The translations under genes and the position numbers were made by a program. From contig JAHHIK010000002.1 of the NCBI GenBank assembly GCA_019358935.1, positions 64,001 through 128,000 of the forward strand: a stretch of 64,000 nt of DNA, in the 5' to 3' direction. Positions 1 through 9,269 of the stretch are shown here, one piece after another (positions within the stretch are counted from its first letter, which is position 1; every line of letters starts with the position of its first letter). The notes under the pieces were generated by a model. It was given only the letters and a program-made list of their open reading frames with translations, was not told the DNA's origin and made no database searches. This DNA is from Tolypothrix carrinoi HA7290-LM1. GTDB lineage: Bacteria; Cyanobacteriota; Cyanobacteriia; Cyanobacteriales; Nostocaceae.

Positions 1-521
1 TTGTCATTCCCAAAGGCGGCTACCAAGAACTACGAGCTGCGGGTTTGTCAGCATTAAGAAAGTCTATCGTTGATATAGCACCAGAGTTAAGCTCGCGCAT
101 CGAAAATTTACACGATTGGTCACAAGTAGCTTTTCTCTCTGTAGAATCCAGTCGCGTCAAGCGTTGGCATCATCCCGGACTGTTGCTTATTGGTGATGCT
201 GCTCATATAATGTCTCCAGTTGGCGGCGTTGGTATTAATTACGCGATTCAAGATGCTGTCGTCGCCGCAAATGTACTGAGTAAGCCGTTGAAAGCTGGGC
301 GTGTAGATGAACGCGATTTAGCGAAAGTACAGCGCCTCCGCGAGTTACCCACACGCATCATTCAAACGTTTCAAGCTTTAGTTCAGAAACAGATATTCGC
401 CCGTGTTCTCAACTCAGATGAGATTTTCCAACCTCCGGGTTTCTTGCGTCTACCCATTTTACGCGACTTGCCGGCGCGGTTGATTGCTTTGGGTGTGTTT
501 CCGGTTCATGTGCAAAGTTAG
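1..521 (+). CDS. FAD-dependent oxidoreductase/monooxygenase (UbiH-like), 5'-truncated by the window edge
   Basis: Frame open from position 3 (VIPKGGYQELRAAGL...). GDAAHIMSPVGGVGINYAIQDA is the FAD-monooxygenase GD motif. Confidence 0.85.
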   Translation, partial: VIPKGGYQELRAAGLSALRKSIVDIAPELSSRIENLHDWSQVAFLSVESSRVKRWHHPGLLLIGDAAHIMSPVGGVGINYAIQDAVVAANVLSKPLKAGRVDERDLAKVQRLRELPTRIIQTFQALVQKQIFARVLNSDEIFQPPGFLRLPILRDLPARLIALGVFPVHVQS

Positions 522-546
522 TACAAAATTTCACCCTTAATTCTTC

Positions 547-575
547 GTAGAGACGTTCTGCTAGAACGTCTCTAC
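547..575. repeat. REP-like palindrome GTAGAGACGTTC-N5-GAACGTCTCTAC; related copies at 2431-2459, 9241-9269, 19031-19059 and 60047-60076
   Basis: Five near-identical GTA(G/C)-ended inverted repeats, each just 3' of a gene. Confidence 0.85.
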
Positions 576-589
576 AATCGTCTGGGATA

Positions 590-694
590 AATAACGACAG
601 CTTCAACATTAATAACGACAGCTTCAACATTAATAACGACAGCTTCAACATTAATAACGGCAGCTTCAACGTTGGTAACGACAGCTTTGACTTT
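590..694. repeat. 21-bp tandem repeat (AATAACGACAGCTTCAACATT), 3 perfect + 2 degenerate copies
   Basis: Units start at 590, 611, 632, 653 and 674. Confidence 0.9.
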
Positions 695-821
695 GATAAT
701 AAAAACTTATAATTATGTCACCACAACTTCTGCTTGATAACCAAAGTTTATATTGTAGTAGATTGGTTGATTTCTACTGTGGAGTGAATCAATAACGCGA
801 TCGCCAATATTTGTTCAACTT

Positions 822-1529
822 TTGTGGAGGTCAAATTTGTTCAATTGTCCATTAAGTCCTGAAAAGGCAGACAGACTTGTAGAACATCTCGCTTTAAATC
901 CCAATTCTTACGCTATTGATGTGGGTTGCGGTGAAGGAGAGTTTCTCATTCGAGTTGCAGAGCGCTATAAAATCGTAGGGATTGGGCTTGACAAAAACTC
1001 AGACCTTATCGAAGTTGCGAACAACAAAGTAAAAACGAGAATCCCTAGTCAGGATGTGTCTTTTGTCTGCCAAGATGCGAAATCGTTTGCTTGGGAAGAC
1101 CAAAAGGCTGATTTAATTATCTGCATCGGCTCGGAATTTATTTTTGGTGGCTATCGTCAAGCTTTGCAATGCCTTTCTAACAGTTTGATTGACAGTGGAA
1201 AATTGCTGATTGGAACCGTCTTCTGGAAAAAAGAGCCAAACTCAGAGTACTTGAGCTTAATGAACGGAGAGAATCCCCACTTCGACTATTTAACAACGGT
1301 AGAGATAGGAATTGAGCAAGGATTTATTCCACTTTACTTGTGTCGCAGTAATGATGATGAGTGGGACGATTTTGAGAGTAGACATGCTCAAAAACAGTAT
1401 CTTGCGGCTTTACACAATGGCTCAAAGCAAGCTTTTGAGCGGATACAAAGATGGCAGAGAGGTTATTTAAGGTGGGGACATGAAACAATGGGGTTTGTGT
1501 TCCTTCTGTTTCAGAAACGCCATATTTAA
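822..1529 (+). CDS. Class I SAM-dependent methyltransferase
   Basis: IDVGCGEGE motif I, GLD acidic motif II. TTG start is uncertain. Confidence 0.8.
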   Translation: MWRSNLFNCPLSPEKADRLVEHLALNPNSYAIDVGCGEGEFLIRVAERYKIVGIGLDKNSDLIEVANNKVKTRIPSQDVSFVCQDAKSFAWEDQKADLIICIGSEFIFGGYRQALQCLSNSLIDSGKLLIGTVFWKKEPNSEYLSLMNGENPHFDYLTTVEIGIEQGFIPLYLCRSNDDEWDDFESRHAQKQYLAALHNGSKQAFERIQRWQRGYLRWGHETMGFVFLLFQKRHI

Positions 1530-1730
1530 GCGATCGCCACTTCCAAAAACGCTTTTTTCCCATCTAAAACTTACCTGAAGCTGGTCATAATATATGGTAC
1601 AATAGTACTATTATCTAAATTTTAGATTAATAAATGCACAATCGTGAGAAATAACGAATTTATTAATAAATCAAAAAAATTGTCGAAAATAAAACATATA
1701 TAACCCCATTGCCAACAAACGGAGTAATTA

Positions 1731-2390
1731 ATGAACAGTTGTATTTTGATGGCGGAAATCGTAGAAGATCCGCAGCTTCGCTACACCTCAGATAACCTAG
1801 AAATCAGCGAAATGCTCGTGCGCTTTCCCGGAATGCGCCCGGATGACCCCCCAGCAACGCTGAAAGTGGTAGGCTGGGGTAACATGGCGAAAGAAATTCA
1901 GCAAAACTACCACGAAGGCGATCGCGTTCTCATCGAAGGACGCTTAGGAATGCATACCATCGAACGTCGAGAAGGTTTCAAAGAAAAACGTGCAGAGTTG
2001 ACAGTGCAACGCATTCATGCATTGGGAGCCGGTTTTGATATTAGTTCCTCACCAAGAATGGAAACTACTCAACGACAATCACAAGTCCCTGTGGCTGCAA
2101 CAAACCACCGGGAAGTTTCTACACCGATGTCTTCTCCCGTGGCAACTCCCCAAAAAACTGTAACCACTTACGAACCGCAGGTTCCCGCATCCACCCAAGC
2201 TAAGAATGACTTTGACACTCTTGCTGAGGATGACTTCGACATTGAACCCAAACAAAGCGCGAAAAATTACGATCGCAATCCTTATCCCGCACCGGCACAA
2301 GACGAACCCAAACAAAGCGCGAAAAACTCCGCTCGCAATCCTTATCCCGCACCAGCACAGGACGAAGATATAGATGATATTCCCTTTTAA
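1731..2390 (+). CDS. ssb: Single-stranded DNA-binding protein (cyanobacterial long-tail type)
   Basis: N-terminal OB fold (PQLRYT..., VLIEGRL), disordered linker, acidic DDIPF C-terminus, GGAG RBS. Confidence 0.9.
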   Translation: MNSCILMAEIVEDPQLRYTSDNLEISEMLVRFPGMRPDDPPATLKVVGWGNMAKEIQQNYHEGDRVLIEGRLGMHTIERREGFKEKRAELTVQRIHALGAGFDISSSPRMETTQRQSQVPVAATNHREVSTPMSSPVATPQKTVTTYEPQVPASTQAKNDFDTLAEDDFDIEPKQSAKNYDRNPYPAPAQDEPKQSAKNSARNPYPAPAQDEDIDDIPF

Positions 2391-2475
2391 GCGGAAAGTG
2401 CTTTTTGGCAATTGTATCTGAGATGAAGAAGTAGAGACGTTCCGCTGGAACGTCTGTACAAAAGTTAGTTGTTAG

Positions 2476-2553
2476 TTGTCCCCCTGTCCCCCTTGTCCCC
2501 CTTGTCTCCCTTGTCTCCCTTGTCCCCCTGTCCCCCTGTCCCCCACTCCCCCT
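2476..2553. repeat. Short tandem repeat array (TGTCCCCC / TTGTCTCCC units)
   Basis: 8-9-mer pyrimidine-rich tandem repeat downstream of ssb. Confidence 0.85.
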
Positions 2554-2558
2554 GTGAA

Positions 2559-2612
2559 TAACGGATGTAGCGTCAGGCTAGTATTACACAGCCTTATTTG
2601 CTACATCCGTTA
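2559..2612. terminator. Stem-loop between ssb and the ABC ATPase
   Basis: TAACGGATGTAGC...GCTACATCCGTTA 13-bp arms with an inner AGGCT/AGCCT stem. Confidence 0.5.
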
Positions 2613-2757
2613 AAATTTAACAAAAATTGTAATCTATAATGCCAAATTTCTTATCAAAGGTGTAACAATCAAAAAAATCAGTTCAGTGGGTTACAAAACC
2701 ACTGTTAAAATCCAGATAATTTTAAATTTAGTAAGTCACGATTAATACCCGATTCCT

Positions 2758-4641
2758 ATGAGAGAAACTATCCTAGAGGTTCGCAATCTACAAGTTGAAT
2801 TTTCCGATGATGGCAACAGCGTCAAAGCTGTAGATGGTATTTCCTTTGAGTTGCATCGCGGAGAGACTCTGGGAATAGTAGGAGAGTCGGGAAGCGGAAA
2901 ATCAGTAACATCCTTAGCTGTGATGGGTTTGGTGCAGACTCCGGGAAGGATAAGCGGTGGTGAAATTTACTTTCGCCATCAGGAAAATACCGCACCAATC
3001 AACTTGGTAGAATTACCCCCACAGCAAATGCAGCTTTATCGGGGTGGTGACATCGCCATGATTTTTCAAGAACCGATGAGTTCGCTCAATCCAGTTTATA
3101 ATATAGGGTTTCAGCTAACAGAAGCAATTATGCGACATCAGAAAGTGTCGCAAGGTGAAGCAAAACAAAAAGCGATCGCTGGTTTACAAGAAGTAAAACT
3201 CCTTCCCAGCGATGACCAAATTAAACAGCAATATCTCGAAAGCTGGAAACAAACTGCTAACTCATCAAATCTAGATGACCGACAACTAACAGAGTTAGTC
3301 AAGCAACACAAAGACGCAATGCTGGAACGTTACCCGCATCAACTTTCTGGTGGACAGTTGCAGCGGGTGATGATTGCAATGGCAATTTCCTGCAATCCCT
3401 TACTATTGATTGCAGACGAACCGACAACAGCTTTAGATGTGACAGTCCAAGCAACAATTCTAGAGTTGATGCGCGAATTGCAGCAGCGACGCGACATGGG
3501 AATGATTTTCATCACCCACGACTTAGGATTAATTGCGGAAATTGCCGACTCTGTAGCGGTGATGTACAAAGGTAAAATTGTCGAATATGGACCAGCAGCG
3601 CAAATTTTTAGCAATCCCCAGCATCCTTATACTAAAGGCTTAGTAGCTTGTCGCCCCACACTCAACAGCCATCCGCAAAAACTCCTCACCGTTTCCGACT
3701 ACATGAGTGTAGAAGAAACACCAACCGGACAAATGGTAATTCAAGCGAAAGAACCGCTAACCCCGATAGAAGTTAGTAGAGAAGAGATTGCTGCAAGATT
3801 AGCAAACCTCAACGAACAGAAACCGCTGTTGCAAGTCCGCGATTTGAAAGTGGGTTTCCCGGTGCGGGGTGTATTTGGAAAAACGACACGCTACACGATG
3901 GCAGTTAACGGCGTTTCTTTTGATGTGAAACCAGGGGAAACAGTTGGATTAGTCGGAGAATCAGGTTGTGGAAAAACCACTCTCGGTAGAACTTTACTGC
4001 GATTAATCGAGCCGATGAGCGGTGAGATTATCTTTGAGGGACAAGATATCACTACCCTCAAAGGAGAACCGTTGCAAAAATTGCGACGAGAAATGCAAAT
4101 AGTCTTTCAAAATCCCTTTAGTGCGCTTGACCCCCGGATGAAGGTTGGGGACGCAATTATGGAACCGTTGTTAATTCACTCTGTTGGAAAGACGACGAAA
4201 CAACGACGGGAACGAGTAGCGGAACTTTTGGAAAGGGTGGGATTGAGTGCAGATGCGATGAAGCGTTATCCGCATCAATTTTCTGGTGGTCAACGTCAAA
4301 GAATTTGTATTGCCCGTTCTTTGGCGTTAAATCCCAAGTTTATCATTTGCGATGAATCGGTTTCCGCGCTGGATGTTTCGGTACAAGCGCAGGTGTTGAA
4401 CTTGTTGAAAGAATTGCAAGATGACTTTAAGTTGACATATATATTTATTTCCCACGATTTGAGTGTGGTGAAATTTATGAGCGATCGCATTTTGGTCATG
4501 AATCGTGGTGAAATTGTGGAACAAGGTATAGCCGAAAACATCTACCGCGAACCCAAGGAGGAATACACGCAAAGGTTAATTGCTTCGATTCCTACCGGTA
4601 GCGCGGAAAGAGTGCAAAAGCGTCAATTACGAGCATTGTGA
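2758..4641 (+). CDS. Dipeptide/oligopeptide ABC transporter ATP-binding protein with two fused ATPase domains
   Basis: Two Walker A motifs ([16 protein letters not shown]), LSGGQ/FSGGQ signatures, [15 protein letters not shown]. Confidence 0.93.
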   Translation: MRETILEVRNLQVEFSDDGNSVKAVDGISFELHRGETLGIVGESGSGKSVTSLAVMGLVQTPGRISGGEIYFRHQENTAPINLVELPPQQMQLYRGGDIAMIFQEPMSSLNPVYNIGFQLTEAIMRHQKVSQGEAKQKAIAGLQEVKLLPSDDQIKQQYLESWKQTANSSNLDDRQLTELVKQHKDAMLERYPHQLSGGQLQRVMIAMAISCNPLLLIADEPTTALDVTVQATILELMRELQQRRDMGMIFITHDLGLIAEIADSVAVMYKGKIVEYGPAAQIFSNPQHPYTKGLVACRPTLNSHPQKLLTVSDYMSVEETPTGQMVIQAKEPLTPIEVSREEIAARLANLNEQKPLLQVRDLKVGFPVRGVFGKTTRYTMAVNGVSFDVKPGETVGLVGESGCGKTTLGRTLLRLIEPMSGEIIFEGQDITTLKGEPLQKLRREMQIVFQNPFSALDPRMKVGDAIMEPLLIHSVGKTTKQRRERVAELLERVGLSADAMKRYPHQFSGGQRQRICIARSLALNPKFIICDESVSALDVSVQAQVLNLLKELQDDFKLTYIFISHDLSVVKFMSDRILVMNRGEIVEQGIAENIYREPKEEYTQRLIASIPTGSAERVQKRQLRAL

Positions 4642-4711
4642 TGTTGTAACAGCCGACATCGTGAACGATGCCCTCATCCTGGAAGGATGGGGGCGATTTT
4701 TGCCGATAAAC

Positions 4712-4793
4712 GCGATCGCGCTTGTGATGAGTGTCAGCCTTAGGGATTGGCGAATATTTGGCTATCTACAGCTAAAGCAAAAATTTAGGATTC
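4712..4793. repeat. 82-bp direct repeat, copy 1 (copy 2 at 5451-5532), starting with HIP1
   Basis: GCGATCGCGCTTGTGATGAGTGTCAG...TTTAGGATTC in both copies, few substitutions. Confidence 0.9.
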
Positions 4794-4806
4794 ATCTGGT
4801 AATACT

Positions 4807-5110
4807 TTAATAGTGATGTCGAGCAGACGCGAAAATCAATGCGATCGTCACTAATAAAGTAAATAATGCGATGTTCTTGGGTGAGTCGCCGTGACCATGC
4901 ATCCGAATCCAAGTATTTCAATGGTTCTGGCTTACCAATACCTATAAACGGATCTCGCATAATTGCTTCAATTAAGTCGAATGCACGCAATGCAGTTTTG
5001 CGATTTGTTTTTACCCAATAAGCGAGGTCTTCTCTAAATTCTGGATGAAAAACAGCATCTCGAACTATTATTTCTTGGGGTTGGGTTTCATTCTTCTTTT
5101 TCTTCGCGAA
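4807..5110 (-). pseudogene. yoeB: Txe/YoeB toxin, degenerate
   Basis: Reads AKKKKNETQPQEIIVRDAVFHPEFREDLAYWVKTNRK...GIGKPEPLKY...WSRRLTQEHRIIY. No start codon for the N-terminus (TTC at 5110). The expected ARxHY* end is in another frame. Confidence 0.8.
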
Positions 5111-5383
5111 TACCCAACTAAGTAGCGTAGTTCGTTAATGCTTTGAGGTTCTAAAGTTCTAGCTTTTGCTGTTGACAAAGCTGTTAACAGGCGGGTAGCA
5201 TTTTTCGGTGAGCGAAGTAAATAAGCTGTTTCTAGTAAACTGTTTAGTTTCTCAACAGCAATTATGGCAACGCTTTCGCCTTCTTGTCGCGTAATAATTA
5301 CGACCAGAGCGATCGCTAACTACTTGCTCACACAGTTGGGCAAGGCTAGCGCTAGCATCATTTAAGGTTGTCTGATTGGACAT
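5088..5383 (-). pseudogene. yefM: Phd/YefM antitoxin, frameshifted
   Basis: MSNQTTLNDASASLAQLCEQVVSDR, then a frameshift near 5305, continuing VVIITRQEGESVAII...SLLETAYLLRSPKNATRLLTAL. Confidence 0.85.
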
Positions 5384-5582
5384 GATGAGAGTTTTTTGTT
5401 TTGCTGTATGGCTTTTGACTAGATCATAACTTGAGGCGGACAAAAGTTATGCGATCGCGCTTGTGATGAGTGTCAGTCTTGGGGATTGGGGAATATTTGG
5501 CTATATACAGCTAAAGCAAATATTTAGGATTCGGATTTGTTTCACGCAAAGTCGCAGAGGCGCAAAGGAAGAGATAATATAT

Positions 5583-5963
5583 TTAGAAGCAATTCACTCT
5601 CGACATGTGGCGATCGTTTGTAACCAAGATTAAACTACGTATTATAGCTGTGGATGCTATTAATACGTCTGCATCCTGTATTGGCGTACTTTTTCTTTTT
5701 AAATCTGCGTGAATTTCACAAGCTTTTTCGATAATTTTTATATCATCTAAAAACAAAACTTCATAATCTGTACATAACTGAGTAAAATCAGCTAGCTGTC
5801 TGACAGCGTTTATAGATATCAATCCTCTTTTGACTTCATAAGAAGTTATACAACTTATAAATACTTCTTCACCCGAACGAGTCGCTTCTCTTAAACGATT
5901 ATTAGTATTGAGATTTATTTTTAAAATATAGGTAACAATATTTGTATCTAATAAAAAGGTTAC
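5583..5963 (-). pseudogene. PIN-domain (VapC-like) toxin lacking a canonical start and with a shortened C-terminus
   Basis: Frame reads (GTA)TFLLDTNIV...EVKRGL...DADVLIASTA...LVTND. No ATG/GTG/TTG between the stop at 5990 and the LLDTN motif. Confidence 0.7.
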
Positions 5964-5968
5964 TTGAT

Positions 5969-6262
5969 TTATTTTACTAGCACTGCTTCATCAAAGATTT
6001 TGATTTGTTCGGATGTTAAATCATTTAAAGTCCCAGAAACAGCTTCTAATGTCAATATTTTTTTGATTCGACGTGTCAGTTCATTCTCAGAAATAGCCTT
6101 CATTTCTTCAGGGGAAAACTTACCAAACAAGTTTACTAACATTTCTACCATTTCTTGTTTATTTAATCTCTCGATGTATAAATTGCTATTTGTAAACAAC
6201 TTTTCAACTATTGGTGAAATGCGGTTGAAAACTTCTTGGGTATAGTTGGATACTTCTTGCAT
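5969..6262 (-). CDS. Putative antitoxin upstream of the PIN toxin
   Basis: 97-aa acidic ORF with GGAG RBS, abutting the PIN gene. Confidence 0.65.
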   Translation of the reverse strand: MQEVSNYTQEVFNRISPIVEKLFTNSNLYIERLNKQEMVEMLVNLFGKFSPEEMKAISENELTRRIKKILTLEAVSGTLNDLTSEQIKIFDEAVLVK

Positions 6263-6340
6263 AATTTACTCCAAGTTTTTTTGATATTGAATATATAAAT
6301 TGTAAGTTGGGACTGAAAGGCAAAACCCAACCTACAATTT

Positions 6341-6856
6341 TTATGGGCAAGCTATATAATTGGAATTTACCCAGCCTTCTAATCCATTAACTCGGTTGTT
6401 TGGTCCAAATATGACACGCACGTAAGACCAATTACCTTGAGTTTTGATGGGAAGTACTGTATTTCCATTATTTAGTCCAGCTTTAGATTTTCCATTCGGA
6501 GAAAAGCGAAGGGCTAACTGTCCTGTTTGGATGTTTGTTACACTACAATAAGCTTCTACAACTTCACTATCTGGTTGCAGTCTAACTTGGCTTTGATGAA
6601 TGTAACCAGATCGACCGCAAACATCTGTTTTGTACCATCCATTTTTATAATCATAGATAGCTATAGATGTTTGCGATCTGATGGCACAAATAATAGCACC
6701 ATTCGGTTTAACTCTAACATTTGATGGCGGGTCGATAACTACTGCTGATTCTATAGATTGTGCGTTAGCGTATGGTGCTTTTATAAAGAAGGGTATGACA
6801 GCAAGTAATGTAATATTGACACCAGAAAATACTATGTTCTGAATCGCTTTCTTCAT
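6341..6856 (-). CDS. Secreted protein with two SH3b-like domains
   Basis: Signal peptide MKKAIQN...YANAQ, PPSNVR...GWY...GYIH and LALRFSP...W...GWV motifs. Start moved to the ATG at 6856. Confidence 0.75.
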   Translation of the reverse strand: MKKAIQNIVFSGVNITLLAVIPFFIKAPYANAQSIESAVVIDPPSNVRVKPNGAIICAIRSQTSIAIYDYKNGWYKTDVCGRSGYIHQSQVRLQPDSEVVEAYCSVTNIQTGQLALRFSPNGKSKAGLNNGNTVLPIKTQGNWSYVRVIFGPNNRVNGLEGWVNSNYIACP

Positions 6857-7055
6857 ATTCTTAAGTAGGTAGGTTGAATTAAATATAAAACCACCTGCGG
6901 GTGGAATGCCGCCATTCATTACGGCATCAAGTACCATTAATGGTGCGTTAAACTACGTTATAACGCACCCTACTGGCTTTATTTATAATAGTAATAAATA
7001 ATACTAGACAAGAGTGATTTTACCGAAAATCAACGCAGGGTGATTTTGTAAATTT

Positions 7056-8672
7056 TTATTGCTGAAGTTGGCGAATTATGTCAAGAATTTGTTGAGAATA
7101 CTGTGTATTTCCTTCTTGCTGATATAAATCGGCTGCTTTCTGAAAATCGCCGATCGCACTTTCTATATCTCCCAAATTATGGCGGATATCAGCCCGAACG
7201 ATGTAAGCTGATGCGAAATGCGGTTGTAAATACAAGGCTTGATTTAAGTCTTCTAAAGCTCGTTGAAAGTCTTTCAACAAACAACGGCTACGACCTCGAT
7301 TGTACCAGTCTTCGGCAAGGCTGGGGTCTATAGTTATTGCTCGGTCATAATCTTCGATTGCTGCTTGAAAGTCTTCTAAAGCATAGCAAGCATTAGCGCG
7401 ATCGCTATAAAATGCTGCTGTATGCGGATTAATTTTTATTGCTTTCGTGTAATCGGCGATCGCTATGCGATAATCTTCTAAAACAAAGTAGGTAGAACCC
7501 CGATTGTAATAAGCTTCTATCAAGTCGGGATTTCGTTGTAATGCAGAATTATAATCTTCAATCGCGCCTTGAAAGTCTCCTAAATTCCGCCTAGCATTAC
7601 CTAGATTGCAGTATGCTTGAGAAAAGTTAGGATTAAGCTGAATTGCTTTTTGGTTATCTGCAATTGCACCTTGGTAATCTTTTAAAGCATCGCGGACGAT
7701 CGCTCTACCATAGTAAGCTTCTATTAAGTCGGAATTAATTTCTAATGCGCGATCGTAATCGGCTCTTGCCTTTTCATAATCTCCTAAACTACGATGAGCC
7801 GTAGCCCGATCGCAATATCCTTCTGCTAGATGCGGATGAAGTTGCAATAATTCGTTACAATCGGCGATCGCACCTTGAAAATCCCCCACTTGAGTGCGTG
7901 CATTCGCCCGAAAGCCGTAAACTAAAACTAGATACGGATTTTGCTTCAATGCTCGATTGTAATCTTCAATTGCTGCTTGATAATCTCCCAAAGTGGCACG
8001 CACAAGACCCCGATTGTAGTATGCTTGGGCATCATCGGGATGCAGTTTTAAAGTTTGATTAAAGTCAGCAATCGCTTTTTGAAAGTCTTTCAGGCAAGTA
8101 TAAACCAGACCGCGATTGTAGTATGCCAATGCATAATTAGGGTTTATTGTCAATGCGCGGTTGTAATCGGCGATCGCTTCCTGATAATCTGCAAGAGCAT
8201 AATGAGCATTACCTCGATTATGATAAGCGTCTGTGAAATTGGGATCTAGTCGCAAAGCCAGACTTTGATCGGCGATCGCACTTTGATAATCTTTTAATTG
8301 ATAGCAAACATTACCGCGATTGCTGTAAGCTTCAGCAAAATTAGGATTGAGCTGCAAAGCTAAGTTAAAATTTTCAATTGCTTTTGGATAATCGCCTTGT
8401 TCGCAAAGCGTCAAAGCTTGATTATAGTAGGCAATTCCCAAGTCAAAATTAATATTAGCAGCTAAGGTAGGATTAATTTTGATTGCTTGCTGATAATCGC
8501 TGATCGCTTGATCGTAATCACCCAAAGCAAAGTAAGCATTACCCCGGTTTTGGTAAGATAAAGCAAAATCGGGATTGATTTGCAATGCCGAGTTAAAAGA
8601 AGCGATCGCTCCTTGATAATCTCCTTGGGAATTCTTGTTTATTCCTTGCTGAAAAAATTCTTCCGCATTCAT
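7056..8672 (-). CDS. Tetratricopeptide repeat protein
   Basis: About 15 34-aa repeats of the type AYYNRG...AIADYNRAL.NP. Confidence 0.93.
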   Translation of the reverse strand: MNAEEFFQQGINKNSQGDYQGAIASFNSALQINPDFALSYQNRGNAYFALGDYDQAISDYQQAIKINPTLAANINFDLGIAYYNQALTLCEQGDYPKAIENFNLALQLNPNFAEAYSNRGNVCYQLKDYQSAIADQSLALRLDPNFTDAYHNRGNAHYALADYQEAIADYNRALTINPNYALAYYNRGLVYTCLKDFQKAIADFNQTLKLHPDDAQAYYNRGLVRATLGDYQAAIEDYNRALKQNPYLVLVYGFRANARTQVGDFQGAIADCNELLQLHPHLAEGYCDRATAHRSLGDYEKARADYDRALEINSDLIEAYYGRAIVRDALKDYQGAIADNQKAIQLNPNFSQAYCNLGNARRNLGDFQGAIEDYNSALQRNPDLIEAYYNRGSTYFVLEDYRIAIADYTKAIKINPHTAAFYSDRANACYALEDFQAAIEDYDRAITIDPSLAEDWYNRGRSRCLLKDFQRALEDLNQALYLQPHFASAYIVRADIRHNLGDIESAIGDFQKAADLYQQEGNTQYSQQILDIIRQLQQ

Positions 8673-8688
8673 CTGATTTTTGATTCAA

Positions 8689-8837
8689 AAAGCTTGAATC
8701 CACTCTTTGACAAAATATTCTGTCCAGATATTATTTTGCCAGTAGGGGTCATTTTCAATCACCTAAAGCTTGAATCCACTCTTTGACAAAATATTCTGTC
8801 CAGATATTATTTTGCCAATAGGGGTCATTTTCAATCA
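8689..8837. repeat. Tandem duplication (76-bp period) of the YciI gene 3' end
   Basis: 8689-8761 matches 8765-8837 with one mismatch. Confidence 0.9.
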
Positions 8838-9030
8838 ACTCGCGCACAATGGCTTCATCATCGGCTTCGTAAATCCCGAAAACTTTCGTTACATCCTTGG
8901 TCGGACCAATCGTAATCAACACACCAGATTCTTTTTGTTTTGCGAGTCCGTCTAAATGCGCTTGACGATGAGGGGCACGTTTTTCTAAAACGTCTTCGCA
9001 ATAACTTCCCCACATTATATATTTTGCCAT
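8755..9030 (-). CDS. YciI family protein
   Basis: R.PHRQAHL...GP...DPYW motifs. Start at MAKYIMWG; the longer track ORF runs through repeat DNA. Confidence 0.85.
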   Translation of the reverse strand: MAKYIMWGSYCEDVLEKRAPHRQAHLDGLAKQKESGVLITIGPTKDVTKVFGIYEADDEAIVRELIENDPYWQNNIWTEYFVKEWIQALGD

Positions 9031-9073
9031 AGATACACCATCTAAAATTACAAAAGATTTAAATGAAGTAATA

Positions 9074-9210
9074 AAGTGTAAATAAACACTCTTAAACGTA
9101 GTAAGCGGCTCTATCCCTTTCAACTTGGGGAATTGAGCGGTAAACCGCTCACCCTCCGGGTTCGCCAGTCGCTCATGGGGGAGACCCCCAAGACCGCGCT
9201 GGCTCACTAC
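9074..9210. repeat. Composite REP/REPIN-like element with a nested structured small repeat; related copy at 59629-59708
   Basis: AAGTGTAAATAAA...GTAGTAAGCGGCTCTATCCCTT...TGAGCGGTAAACCGCTCAC shared by both copies. Confidence 0.75.
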
Positions 9211-9269
9211 CTACATTTTATGTTTAATCACGCCCATTTAGTACAGACGTTCCATTGGAACGTCTCTAC

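Noticed and set aside
409..669. ORF MKLPLLMLKLSLL...
   Set aside because: Translation of the 21-bp repeat, antisense to the oxidoreductase 3' end.
4712..5532. Integron attC sites
   Set aside because: No RYYYAAC/GTTRRRY boxes or long attC hairpin, and no integrase.
9031..9207. N-terminal extension of YciI in the ORF track
   Set aside because: Made of dispersed repeat DNA; the family-like sequence starts at 9030.
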